From the NCBI GenBank assembly GCA_031430855.1, contig JANPCG010000004.1, positions 10,845-74,844 of the forward strand: DNA of 64,000 nt, in the 5' to 3' direction. Source of the stretch: Candidatus Kaiserbacteria bacterium (GTDB lineage Bacteria > Patescibacteriota > Minisyncoccia > Phycocordibacterales > UBA918). Position 1 is the first letter of the stretch; every line of letters starts with the position of its first letter. Shown piece by piece: positions 20,131-29,101 of this stretch. The notes below the pieces were generated by a model. It saw only the letters and a program-made list of their open reading frames with translations, searched no databases and was not told the origin of the DNA. Made by a program: the position numbers and the translations under genes.

Positions 20131-20706
20131 TTAAAACAACAAAGAGTGAGTCATTGCGACATCGTCTTTAATCATCCAGGTAGAGATATCAAGCGGGATT
20201 TCACGGTTGCGGGCACCGTCTTTAAATTTCACATGACCGTGAGCCATCGCGTAATCAAAAACCTTTTTAGTCACCTTTACGTCTTGTTCGCAGTATTTTT
20301 TTACTTCATCAATTTTACCTTCCTTCCACCAGCGGACGGCTTGCAGGCCGTGACCTGATTTTTTGGCTCCGACGGTGGCCTGGGCAATGCTATCAAGACG
20401 GAGACGACGACCGATAGACTGGCGGATGGACTCGAGAATATCAATACTCTTTATATGTGTCAGGTCGCCGGGGTAATATTTATTTAAAAGCGGGATATCG
20501 AAGTGGTTACTATTATATCCAACGAGCGCATCAGCGGCCTCTAAAAGTGGCCAGGCTTTTTGTAGTTCATCAACCGTAACCGTGAGATACGTATCAGTCG
20601 CGCTGTCATAAAATGACCCGACTGAGATATCTAATGCTACCGGATCGCTGCTACCCACCTCTTGGAATATGTTTTGGGTTTCAAGGTCAAAAATAATGTA
20701 GCGCAT
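20131..20706 (-). CDS. DEDDy-type 3'-5' exonuclease (RNase H-like fold)
   Basis: Exo motif I MRYIIFDLETQ, motif II YNSNHFDIPLL, motif III YCEQD (YxxxD). An extended -10 box TGATATAAT (reverse complement of 20732-20740) lies about 25 nt upstream of the ATG at 20706. The track's longer 20817 start would therefore be inside or upstream of the promoter. Confidence 0.7.
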   Translation of the reverse strand: MRYIIFDLETQNIFQEVGSSDPVALDISVGSFYDSATDTYLTVTVDELQKAWPLLEAADALVGYNSNHFDIPLLNKYYPGDLTHIKSIDILESIRQSIGRRLRLDSIAQATVGAKKSGHGLQAVRWWKEGKIDEVKKYCEQDVKVTKKVFDYAMAHGHVKFKDGARNREIPLDISTWMIKDDVAMTHSLLF

Positions 20707-20870
20707 AGTAGGAATGAAAGGTAAGAGGTCAATTATATCATGAGTGCTCAAGATTGCCTGAGATGCGAGGCAGGTGGTGAAAAATATTGTGAGGTGTGCT
20801 ACTTGCACATTGAACAAAATTTTTTGCTACCTAACAAAGCTGATCAGGTGATATTGAGTACTTTTGAAGC

Positions 20871-22145
20871 CTACAGGTCTCCGTCAGTGAATTGTTTAAG
20901 AATTTCGTCAATCGTCCCAGTAACCTGCATTTCTTCATTTAAATTTTTAAGGGTGTAGGTATTTTCTTTGATTTCGTTTTCTCCCACTACGAGTACGTAG
21001 TTCACCAGTTTTTCGCTTGCGTCCCCGATCTTTTTGCCAAGTTTCTTAGTGCTGATGTCGGTAGCGACAGAGAGTCCCGCGGTCTCGCGAAACTGCATGG
21101 CAATTTTTTGTCCAACTATATTTTGGGCTGGGTCCATAGGGATCACCATTAGGTCTGGGGTGGTAGTGTTTGCGGTGAGGAGATTGTGGGTTTCGAGAAA
21201 ATCCCGCATGGTAACATCGCCCATACCAAATCCAATGCCACTGATAGCTTCACCGCCAAACATCTCGGTCAAATTATCATAGCGTCCACCGCCAAGCATG
21301 GCTCGATTATTTTCAAGAGAGACATCAAAGATTTCAAAAATAGTACCTGTGTAGTAATTAAATCCACGCGCAATCGATCGATCGATTTTTACATTCGTAA
21401 TACCAAGTTCCTTTAGTCCTTCAACGACTTTATTTGCATCAGTAGCGTCGCCACCAGAAACTAGCGTGTACACTTGAGCAGCAACAGAATCGTCACTAAC
21501 GATTTCTTTTAATGCGGCTTTGTATTCATCAGCAGATATTTTATAAAAACGATCGTTAAGACGAGTAATTGCGTCTTGCTTTTCCATATCTTCTATTCCA
21601 TATTCTATATATTTACTGCGCATTTCAGTGCGGTCATTGACCCTGATTTCAAAGAGAGAAGAGTCAGCTCCAAAGTTGAGAATGAGTTGCGAAGCGAGGG
21701 CAATAATTTCCACGTCGGCAGTGTAATCGGTGGCCCCAAAAATGTCGCAGTTTAACTGCCAGTGTTCACGTAGTCGTCCGCGTTGCGGTCGCTCGTACCG
21801 GAATAGATTTGGAATTGAATACCAACGAATAGGAAAAGACAGTTCGCGTCTGTGCCCTGCAACCATGCGAGCGACGGTTGGGGTCATTTCCGGACGGAGA
21901 GTAACTTCACGCTCGCCGCGATCGATAAAGGTATACGTTTGCTCATTTACCATTTCTTCGTTCTCAGCACCTTTAGCTTTATATAAATCTGATGGTTCAA
22001 GGACCGAAGCGTCGTACCGTTCAAACCCAAAACTCTCAGCCGTTTGGCTCCAGATGTCAAAGATGTGGCGTTGAATCGCCATGTCTTTCGGGTAAAAGTC
22101 ACGTACGCCTTTATACGAATCGGTCGAGAGGATTTTTTCAGTCAT
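20871..22145 (-). CDS. hisS: histidine--tRNA ligase
   Basis: Class II aaRS motifs (…VTLRPEMTPTVARMVA…, RWYSIPNLFRYERPQRGRLREHWQLNCDIFG) and the anticodon-binding C-terminus. The preferred ATG is at 22145 (MTEKIL…); the track start is a TTG at 22169. Confidence 0.9.
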   Translation of the reverse strand: MTEKILSTDSYKGVRDFYPKDMAIQRHIFDIWSQTAESFGFERYDASVLEPSDLYKAKGAENEEMVNEQTYTFIDRGEREVTLRPEMTPTVARMVAGHRRELSFPIRWYSIPNLFRYERPQRGRLREHWQLNCDIFGATDYTADVEIIALASQLILNFGADSSLFEIRVNDRTEMRSKYIEYGIEDMEKQDAITRLNDRFYKISADEYKAALKEIVSDDSVAAQVYTLVSGGDATDANKVVEGLKELGITNVKIDRSIARGFNYYTGTIFEIFDVSLENNRAMLGGGRYDNLTEMFGGEAISGIGFGMGDVTMRDFLETHNLLTANTTTPDLMVIPMDPAQNIVGQKIAMQFRETAGLSVATDISTKKLGKKIGDASEKLVNYVLVVGENEIKENTYTLKNLNEEMQVTGTIDEILKQFTDGDL

Positions 22146-22201
22146 AATTATGGTGATTGTAGGGGACAACTGCTAAAGACGCAACTTAGGTATACATTGG
22201 T

Positions 22202-22774
22202 TTAATCGGGAGCGATTGGCAAGTTACCAATGGTTTTAAGTCGGCTATCCATGGCGGTTTGGATCAGCGATTGTAATCCACGAGGGTCAGGAAGTCCGGG
22301 TGAGGCGAAATTGCTCTCGGCTGCCCCAGCTGTTTGGGCACGAATCATACCGAAGTTAAGCAAAGTAGGAATAAGGCCGCTAATGGTGACTTTTATGTCC
22401 TGTAATCGTTCCAATCTAAAGTTACTTACTTTACGATTAAAATAACTCACTTGCTCAATCACAATGATGCGTCTGTCGGTGATAATCCAGAGGTCAAGGT
22501 AATAGTTCGTCCAGGCGGTGACAGCGGCCATGGCGCTGAGTAGGAGCCAAGCAGCGATTGCAAATACAATAAGTGGAGTGCCGGTTTCAAAAAACGAAAC
22601 CAAAACTGCTTGTGGTGGTAGCGAGAGCACAATCATAAATAAGAACGTTGGCGCCAAGCCAAACAGAACAATAATAGCGAGTTCAATGGTAATGATAAAC
22701 CAATGTTTTCGAACGGTGGTGAGCACTTTCTCGTCAGACTCAAGTTCGATTTTTTCGTAGAGAGTTGTAGACAT
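22202..22774 (-). CDS. membrane protein with a bacterial PH domain (YdbS/YdbT-like, DUF304-type)
   Basis: Two TM helices followed by a PH-like domain (…NYYLDLWIITDRRIIVIEQVSYFNRKVSNFRLERLQDIKV…). Confidence 0.6.
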   Translation of the reverse strand: MSTTLYEKIELESDEKVLTTVRKHWFIITIELAIIVLFGLAPTFLFMIVLSLPPQAVLVSFFETGTPLIVFAIAAWLLLSAMAAVTAWTNYYLDLWIITDRRIIVIEQVSYFNRKVSNFRLERLQDIKVTISGLIPTLLNFGMIRAQTAGAAESNFASPGLPDPRGLQSLIQTAMDSRLKTIGNLPIAPD

Positions 22775-22775
22775 A

Positions 22776-23036
22776 TTACAAGGCTACAACACTTAATCCC
22801 AAGATGGCGATGAGAGGAAGGGTGGTGACAAAATAGGCAACGTAGGTTTGGGCAGTAACTGACTTGTTCATTGAATAATTTTGCCAGTGATAGTACATCA
22901 CTACCGTAAAAACGACATAGATAATCAAGAGAACATAGAGTGTTCCTTGGGCTAAAGCGGCAAGGGGTAATTCAAATGTAGGAAAGGGTTGCATACCATT
23001 ATTGTGCCACACTAAGGATGCTGAAGCGAGGGACAC
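22776..23036 (-). CDS. small membrane protein (86 aa), hypothetical
   Basis: Two hydrophobic helices. It is tightly packed between prmC and the PH-domain gene and overlaps prmC's 3' end by 38 nt. Confidence 0.35.
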   Translation of the reverse strand: MSLASASLVWHNNGMQPFPTFELPLAALAQGTLYVLLIIYVVFTVVMYYHWQNYSMNKSVTAQTYVAYFVTTLPLIAILGLSVVAL

Positions 23037-23904
23037 CGTATTGGTCAGGGTGGGTAACTATGGCAAACCCTTTTTGCTGGGCCATTTCAGTAAGTGCGTT
23101 TACTTGCGCCGGTTCGTGTTCGATCCAGAGTTGTCCGTCGGGGTTTAGATGGGCTGGCGCAACTTCAATAATTTGCTTTATAATTTCCATTCCCTCGCTC
23201 CCTCCAAATAATGCCAGATGAGGCTCGTTCTCTATGACACTCGCTTCAACTGTGTATGCGGCTGCGTCTATATATGGTGGGTTAGTCAGTATGTAGTCAA
23301 ACCCGCGGTTTTGTTTGTGAATTTCTTTGTTGTGGGTCCCGATTTTTTCATCACCATATTCATCATATTGCTCTTTCAAAAATTCTCCCACGCCGCGAAC
23401 TTCACCCGCCACACTCGCGGCTACATCTTTTTGCAGTGCAGAAAACAAATCACTTTCTATAATTTCGGTGATAGAATCACCAAGTAAATTTATCTTGATA
23501 TTTTTTGTTATGGTTGAGAGGTGAGTCGGATCAATTTCGGCAAAGGTAACGTGTGCATTAGAGACCGCTTTTGCGACCGCAACTCCAATTGCGCCACTGC
23601 CAGCACAGAGGTCGAGAATTTTTAAGGAGGAGGCAAGACCTCCTTCGGTATTTTGTTCGAGGTCTCGCCTCGTACTTTGCGCTTGGATTGTAGTGATGGC
23701 TTGCTCGACCCAGTACTCAGTTTCGGGGCGGGGAATGAGGGGATGGGAGTCGAGATAAATGGTGCAGTTCAAGAAAGGTACTTGTCCGATGAGGTACGCT
23801 AAAGGTGTTCCATCTCGTAACTGTTCACAGTCAGCGTAAAAAGCTTCGGTTTCTACGCCGCCGTATTTTTCTTTGAGGAGCCACGCTGATTCTTGATTTT
23901 TCAT
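22999..23904 (-). CDS. prmC: release factor glutamine N5-methyltransferase PrmC (HemK)
   Basis: LAYLIGQVPFLNCTIYLDSHPLIPRPETE, SAM motif ILDLCAGSGAIGVA, catalytic NPPY (ILTNPPYI). The preferred start is 23904 (MKNQESAWLL…); the track's 24072 start adds 56 non-conserved residues. Confidence 0.85.
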   Translation of the reverse strand: MKNQESAWLLKEKYGGVETEAFYADCEQLRDGTPLAYLIGQVPFLNCTIYLDSHPLIPRPETEYWVEQAITTIQAQSTRRDLEQNTEGGLASSLKILDLCAGSGAIGVAVAKAVSNAHVTFAEIDPTHLSTITKNIKINLLGDSITEIIESDLFSALQKDVAASVAGEVRGVGEFLKEQYDEYGDEKIGTHNKEIHKQNRGFDYILTNPPYIDAAAYTVEASVIENEPHLALFGGSEGMEIIKQIIEVAPAHLNPDGQLWIEHEPAQVNALTEMAQQKGFAIVTHPDQYGVPRFSILSVAQ

Positions 23905-23970
23905 GAATTTATGACATAATACAGGTTGAATACATTGCGTCAAGAGACGCTCAACAAGGAGATCTTTACC

Positions 23971-24450
23971 ATGACTAATGATGGCGAAATCAAGGCTGCC
24001 ACCGATGTCGTGCCGATTGCTCGGGCGTACTTTATTATTCAGGGAGTTGAGGGGTGGGCAACTAAAACGCAACTGAAAACACTTCTGGAGCTTATGGTCT
24101 GGGCGTACGGGTTCGATCGTGACTACGATTGGACCTGGAACTTGAAAGACTGCCCGTTGTTGCGCGAGGTCTCATCCTACCAAAAAGCGGCTGAGGTGAT
24201 AGAGGGTTGGTTTGGTAAAAACCAGTTCCCTTTACGCGAAAAGTGGCAAGATGAACATAATGTGTTCGAGAACTGGATTTTGCCGGCTCTCGAGACATGG
24301 GTGGAGGACAGGTATGAGGGCTACCTTGCAAGTTCTACCTGGAAAGGGGTAAAAGGGCACCATGGCGTCCACTGGGATACAGAGAAGCAAGGTCATGTCG
24401 TGCTGTATGAAGGGGATAATTTCAACCCCGTTTTCGATTACCAATTGTAA
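23971..24450 (+). CDS. hypothetical Trp-rich protein (160 aa)
   Basis: A good ribosome-binding site (aaggaga) precedes the ATG at 23971. The gene is divergent from prmC and followed by a terminator. I recognise no family. Confidence 0.5.
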   Translation: MTNDGEIKAATDVVPIARAYFIIQGVEGWATKTQLKTLLELMVWAYGFDRDYDWTWNLKDCPLLREVSSYQKAAEVIEGWFGKNQFPLREKWQDEHNVFENWILPALETWVEDRYEGYLASSTWKGVKGHHGVHWDTEKQGHVVLYEGDNFNPVFDYQL

Positions 24451-24462
24451 TCACCATTTGGA

Positions 24463-24500
24463 AGAGGTGGGCGGCGGCTACGGTTGCCGCCCTTTTTTTG
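24463..24500 (+). terminator. Intrinsic terminator
   Basis: gggcggcggc-tacggtt-gccgccc followed by ttttttt. Confidence 0.7.
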
Positions 24501-24534
24501 TGTAATATTTTGCGTGGTATACTGGCATTTATAT

Positions 24535-25293
24535 ATGACAGACAATACGACAGTGTCGATGCTGGAGATAAAGAACTTGGTAAAAGTATACGGTAGTGGT
24601 GATAAAGCAAAGCGCGCAGTTGATGGAATTAATTTATCAATTCCGAAGGGATCATTTTTTGGACTCTTGGGACCAAACGGCGCAGGGAAATCGACCACGA
24701 TTCATTGTATTACGGGAATTGCGCAACCAACGTCGGGTCAGATTCTGATTGATGGAGTGGATGTCGTGACTGACTATAAACGTGCTCGTACCAAAGTCGG
24801 TCTTTCTCCGCAGGAATTTAATGTTGATATTTTTTCCACACCGATTGAGCTCATGGACTATATAGGTGGGTACTATGGAATTCCGTATGAGGCCCGGATG
24901 TCTCGCATTGATGAACTTATCAAACAATTTGACTTGGAAGAACACCGCAATATAAAGTTTCAAAAATTGTCAGGCGGACTTAAGCGTCGGGCGATGTTGG
25001 GACGCGCACTCGTGCATACCCCCGATTTACTAATTTTGGATGAACCGACAGCTGGAGTTGATGTCGAACAACGTCGGGCGTTATGGACGTATCTAAAGAA
25101 GCTCAATGAAGATGGCAAGACGATTATCCTCACCTCACATTATTTAGAAGAAATTCAATATTTGTGCCGAGACATTGCGATTATTAATCATGGAAAGATA
25201 GTAGCTCAGGGTAGTAAAGAAGAGTTTATGAAAGACGGCCAGTCTATTGAAGAGGCGTACCTCGCGGTTATTAGTGAATCAGACAACAAATAG
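24535..25293 (+). CDS. ABC transporter ATP-binding protein
   Basis: Walker A GPNGAGKST, signature LSGGLKRR, Walker B LLILDEPTAGVD. An extended -10 box TGGTATACT at 24515-24523 gives a short leader, so the ATG at 24535 is preferred. Confidence 0.85.
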   Translation: MTDNTTVSMLEIKNLVKVYGSGDKAKRAVDGINLSIPKGSFFGLLGPNGAGKSTTIHCITGIAQPTSGQILIDGVDVVTDYKRARTKVGLSPQEFNVDIFSTPIELMDYIGGYYGIPYEARMSRIDELIKQFDLEEHRNIKFQKLSGGLKRRAMLGRALVHTPDLLILDEPTAGVDVEQRRALWTYLKKLNEDGKTIILTSHYLEEIQYLCRDIAIINHGKIVAQGSKEEFMKDGQSIEEAYLAVISESDNK

Positions 25294-25294
25294 T

Positions 25295-26062
25295 ATGACA
25301 ATTAATTGGATAGGGTTATACACGATGTTGAGGCGTGAAGTGAAAAGGACACTCCGTGTTTCAGTGCAGACATTGGCGGCGCCAGTGATTTCAGCAGCTT
25401 TATATATTTTTATTTTTGGTACCGTGATTGGTTCAAAAATCGATAATTTTGCGGGCGTTCCGTACATCTCGTTTGTGTTTCCTGGGGTACTCATGTTGTC
25501 AATAATTAACGCTTCGTTTTCGAGTGCTTCCTCGGCACTATTTTTTATGAAGTTTACGCGTGGTATTGAAGAGATTTTAATCACACCTTTCTCGTACATT
25601 GAAATGTTATTGGGTTTTGTCGGTAGTGCGGTCGCCAGGGCAATGATTGTGGCGTTTCTGATTCTGATTGTGGGAATGCTGTTTGGGGCGGTAACACTGA
25701 CTAATCCATTGATGTTTATATTTTATGTGGCTGCTATTTCAGCTATCTTTGCGATGTTAGGAATTATTGTGGCGCTGTGGGCTGAAGGGTTCGAACAATT
25801 GCAGATGCTTAATACGTTTGTGATTACGCCACTCACATACCTGGGTGGAATCTTCTATTCAATTACTATGTTGCCGCCACTGGCTGCACAGATTACTATT
25901 CTCAACCCCTTCTTTTATTTTGCGGATGGTATTCGCGGCGCGATGATTGGCTACCACGAAGCGAATCAGATTATTGGGCTAATAGTAGTGATAGGATTGG
26001 TGGTGTTTCTTGGGATTCTCGTCACTCAGCTTTTCAAGCGTGGTTGGAAAATCCGAAGTTAA
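25295..26062 (+). CDS. ABC-2 type transporter permease
   Basis: Six TM segments. It is coupled to the upstream ATPase (the stop at 25293 is followed by the ATG at 25295). Confidence 0.75.
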   Translation: MTINWIGLYTMLRREVKRTLRVSVQTLAAPVISAALYIFIFGTVIGSKIDNFAGVPYISFVFPGVLMLSIINASFSSASSALFFMKFTRGIEEILITPFSYIEMLLGFVGSAVARAMIVAFLILIVGMLFGAVTLTNPLMFIFYVAAISAIFAMLGIIVALWAEGFEQLQMLNTFVITPLTYLGGIFYSITMLPPLAAQITILNPFFYFADGIRGAMIGYHEANQIIGLIVVIGLVVFLGILVTQLFKRGWKIRS

Positions 26063-26079
26063 CAATAATAATAACCCAC

Positions 26080-26165
26080 CTACTGCGTTGCGCTTCGGCA
26101 AAATAATTTTCAACGTATCAAAAGTACGTCTCAAATAATTTTCCTCGCGCGCCTTGTATCTGGGT
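26080..26165 (+). repeat. Intergenic repeat element copy G, directly 3' of the ABC permease gene
   Basis: ctgcgttgcgcttcggcaaaataattttcaacgtatcaaaagtacgtctcaaataattttcctcgcgcgccttg. It aligns base by base with the copy at 32968. Confidence 0.7.
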
Positions 26166-26255
26166 CATTCTTCCCGTTAACTAAAATAATCACAAAAATT
26201 AATTGTAGTAGCGAACAAATCTCCACAGATAGATACGTATAAAGAGACAAATTGA

Positions 26256-27299
26256 ATGTATACTTTCATTAGTATGAAACGACACGCAAAAATGTACGAG
26301 ACAGTCGCAGCACTGATGGCACCTGGAAAAGGTATCCTCGCTGCTGACGAAAGTGATAGTACCGCAGGGAAGCGCCTGCAGATGGTTCATTTACCAAACG
26401 AAGAAGCCAATCGACAAGATTTTCGCGAACTCCTCTTTACTGCACCAGGAGTTGAAGATTACCTCTCTGGCGTTATCTTGTATGACTCAACTATCAAGAG
26501 TGCTGCTGACGACGGCACACCGTTTGGTGATGTCTTGATTGCTCGTGGCATTGTCCCTGGAATTAAAGTTGATCTGGGTACCAAGGATTTTGATGGCTTT
26601 AGTGGCGAGGTAGTGACTCAGGGACTTGATGGTCTTGAAGAGAGATTTACCGAATACTATGACCTTGGCGCTCGCTTTGCCAAGTGGCGGATGGTCATCA
26701 CAATTGATGAACATATTCCAACTGATGCGTGCTTGGAAATCAACGCGGTGATGTTGGCGCGCTACGCACAGATAGCCCAGCGCACGGGTATTGTACCAAT
26801 GGTTGAGCCAGAAGTTATTTTCGCTGGCGATCATGACATTGTTCGGGCAGAAGCGGTTACGACGCGTGCACTTCAAATTCTCTTTCAAACACTAATGCGA
26901 TACAAGGTTGACCTTGAGGCGTTGATACTAAAGTCATCTATGGTTTTAGCGGGGGATATGAATGGTGACCAATCAACCGCTGAACAAATTGCGAATGCAA
27001 CTCTACGCTGTTTCCATATGTCTGTGCCGCATGAAGTTGGCGGTATCGTGTTTCTCTCCGGTGGTCAGTCACCAAAGCGAGCCACCGAAAACCTTAATGC
27101 GATTGCAAAATTAGGTGCGCAACCATGGCCAATTACATTCTCATATTCTCGTGCAATTGAAGAGCCGTTTCTCCTCGCGTGGCAAGGTAAGCCAGAGAAT
27201 ATCGCCAAAGCTCAAGAAGTTCTCCTTCATGCCTGTCAGATGAATAGTCTCGCAGCTCAAGGGCTCTACAGCGCCACTGACGACAAAATCCTCAAATAA
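26256..27299 (+). CDS. fructose-bisphosphate aldolase, class I
   Basis: …APGKGILAADESDSTAGKRL… N-terminal class I FBA signature (animal-aldolase-like) and a Schiff-base region. The start is ambiguous (26256, 26274 or 26292). Confidence 0.82.
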   Translation: MYTFISMKRHAKMYETVAALMAPGKGILAADESDSTAGKRLQMVHLPNEEANRQDFRELLFTAPGVEDYLSGVILYDSTIKSAADDGTPFGDVLIARGIVPGIKVDLGTKDFDGFSGEVVTQGLDGLEERFTEYYDLGARFAKWRMVITIDEHIPTDACLEINAVMLARYAQIAQRTGIVPMVEPEVIFAGDHDIVRAEAVTTRALQILFQTLMRYKVDLEALILKSSMVLAGDMNGDQSTAEQIANATLRCFHMSVPHEVGGIVFLSGGQSPKRATENLNAIAKLGAQPWPITFSYSRAIEEPFLLAWQGKPENIAKAQEVLLHACQMNSLAAQGLYSATDDKILK

Positions 27300-27309
27300 T
27301 ATCTTAAAT

Positions 27310-27342
27310 TAAAACTGCCGATATGGCAGTTTTAATTTACTC
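27310..27342. terminator. Intrinsic terminator after the aldolase gene
   Basis: taaaactgccgatatggcagtttta palindromic hairpin followed by attt. Confidence 0.55.
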
Positions 27343-27454
27343 TCTTTGCTTAAACAAAGATACCGCTGGAGGCAGTATTTTTGTAGATAACATATACTTG
27401 CGTTCGAGTCTACGTTCCAGCGGTTCTTCCTCGGTAGGTCGAATCGGGAACAAA

Positions 27455-27490
27455 GTAAAACAATACCACCTGACGGTGGTTGTTTTACTT
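27455..27490. terminator. Bidirectional terminator, 3' of rpmG
   Basis: aaacaataccacc-tgac-ggtggttgtttt with flanking T-runs on both strands. Confidence 0.5.
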
Positions 27491-27491
27491 T

Positions 27492-27671
27492 TTATTTCTT
27501 CTGTTTGTAGACGGTGTGCTCTTTGGCGATTGGGTTGAACTTCTTGGTCTCGTACTTCTTACTTGGGTCCTTTTTTACCTTATTGTTAAAACGAGTGTAA
27601 TACACGTGGCCTTTTCCAACGCCTTTTGCGTTGCCCAAAGAGACGAGCTTTACGAGTAAATCTTGTGACAT
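27492..27671 (-). CDS. rpmG: 50S ribosomal protein L33 (not in the ORF track, 59 aa)
   Basis: The reverse strand translates to MSQDLLVKLVSLGNAKGVGKGHVYYTRFNNKVKKDPSKKYETKKFNPIAKEHTVYKQKK, which has the L33 pattern (Y.T.KNK…KLELKKYDP…KHV.HKE). A sigma70 promoter TTGACG-17-TACAAT lies upstream at 27682..27710 on the minus strand. Confidence 0.72.
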   Translation of the reverse strand: MSQDLLVKLVSLGNAKGVGKGHVYYTRFNNKVKKDPSKKYETKKFNPIAKEHTVYKQKK

Positions 27672-27681
27672 AGTGGTGCCG

Positions 27682-27710
27682 ATTGTAGCAGAAAGAGGTC
27701 AATTCGTCAA
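27682..27710 (-). promoter_or_regulatory. Near-consensus sigma70 promoter for rpmG
   Basis: On the minus strand, TTGACG, a 17-nt spacer, TACAAT, then 10 nt to the ATG. Confidence 0.55.
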
Positions 27711-27872
27711 TTTAGATAGTTTTGGTTAAACGTTCTAAGAATTATGTGTCATAGCACACATTTCAAGAGACTATCAACAGCGGATTGAGAGGGTGTCCCG
27801 AGGTTTAAAAATAAGCGTGGTATTATGGTTTTGTCTACCACGCAAGGACCCTTGTGTTGTACGCTTTTTGCT

Positions 27873-29096
27873 ATGAGAGTACTCACTTTTGGTTGGGACT
27901 TCCCACCGTCTCGTAACGGTGGTCTTGGGGTCGCCTGCTATGGCCTCACGCGTGAACTCGCAGAGAAGGGGATAGAAGTAATTTTTGTCCTCCCAAAACA
28001 ACAAGAGGTAATCGGTACCCCGCGTTTTGTGTTTGCCAATAATGAGCGTCGGGTACGAGTACGAGAAATTTCGTCCGGGTTATTGCCGTATCAAAATTCA
28101 GGCAGTGTCATTGAAAGCATTATCGGATTCGAAACTGATGGCAGGCCAAAATACCAAACGCGTACTATTCTAGAAGAGGTGCACCGTTTTGCGCACGACG
28201 CGGCAGCTATTGCCGAGGAAGAGGAATTTGATTTGATACACGCACATGATTGGACTTCTTATCTCGCCGGAGTGGCTGCAAAAGTAGTATCTGGAAAACC
28301 ACTTATTCTTCATGTTCATGCCACATCATATGATCAGGCGGCGAGTAACAATGTTGATCCGTCAATTTATACCATTGAGCGCGAAGCATTCCACTTTGCT
28401 GATCAGGTTGTGACGGTGAGTGAGTTCACTCGCCAAATTTTAATTGAGAAGCATAATGTCCCGCCGGAGAAGGTCCTGGTGGTGCATAATGGCTGCGATA
28501 CTTTCGAACCGCCACGTCACCAGCCAGTACTGCAGGAGCTGAAAGCTCAGGGGCGTAAAATCATTCTCTATCATGGACGTATCACAATCCAAAAAGGGGT
28601 CGACTATTTTGTGAGAGCAGCGAGAAGGGTTGTCGATGTTGACCCAAACGTGATGTTTGTTATTTCAGGGTGGGGTGATATGACGAATCAAATTATTGCT
28701 CAGGTTGGATCTATGGGGCTCTCTGGTCATGTTATGTTTGCGGGTGCTCTCTGGGAAGAAGAGCGGGATCGGATGTATCAAGCCGCTGATCTTGTGGTGA
28801 TGCCATCTGTTTCTGAACCGTTTGGACTCGTTCCACTTGAAGCGTTGCAACACGGGACACCGTCTTTGATATCAAAACAGTCAGGAGTGTCGGAAGTATT
28901 AACACACGTTCTCAAGGTTGATTTTTGGGATGTCGATGAGATGGCAAACAAAATTCTAGCCACGCTGCGCTATCCAGTGTTACATCAACAGTTGCGCACC
29001 TCAGGTCGGCAAGAAATTTATAAACTATCCTGGGCGGACGCTGCCCGTAAAATAAAACGATTGTATCAAAATCTGATACACTATAGTTCAACCTAA
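27873..29096 (+). CDS. glycosyltransferase, glycogen/alpha-glucan synthase-like (GT5/GT4 fold)
   Basis: N-terminal NGGLG (KxGGL-like) motif and C-terminal E-x7-E motif (EPFGLVPLEALQHGTP). An extended -10 box TGGTATTAT lies at about 27815. The preferred start is 27873 (MRVLTFGWDF…). Confidence 0.75.
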   Translation: MRVLTFGWDFPPSRNGGLGVACYGLTRELAEKGIEVIFVLPKQQEVIGTPRFVFANNERRVRVREISSGLLPYQNSGSVIESIIGFETDGRPKYQTRTILEEVHRFAHDAAAIAEEEEFDLIHAHDWTSYLAGVAAKVVSGKPLILHVHATSYDQAASNNVDPSIYTIEREAFHFADQVVTVSEFTRQILIEKHNVPPEKVLVVHNGCDTFEPPRHQPVLQELKAQGRKIILYHGRITIQKGVDYFVRAARRVVDVDPNVMFVISGWGDMTNQIIAQVGSMGLSGHVMFAGALWEEERDRMYQAADLVVMPSVSEPFGLVPLEALQHGTPSLISKQSGVSEVLTHVLKVDFWDVDEMANKILATLRYPVLHQQLRTSGRQEIYKLSWADAARKIKRLYQNLIHYSST

Positions 29097-29101
29097 TTTC
29101 T

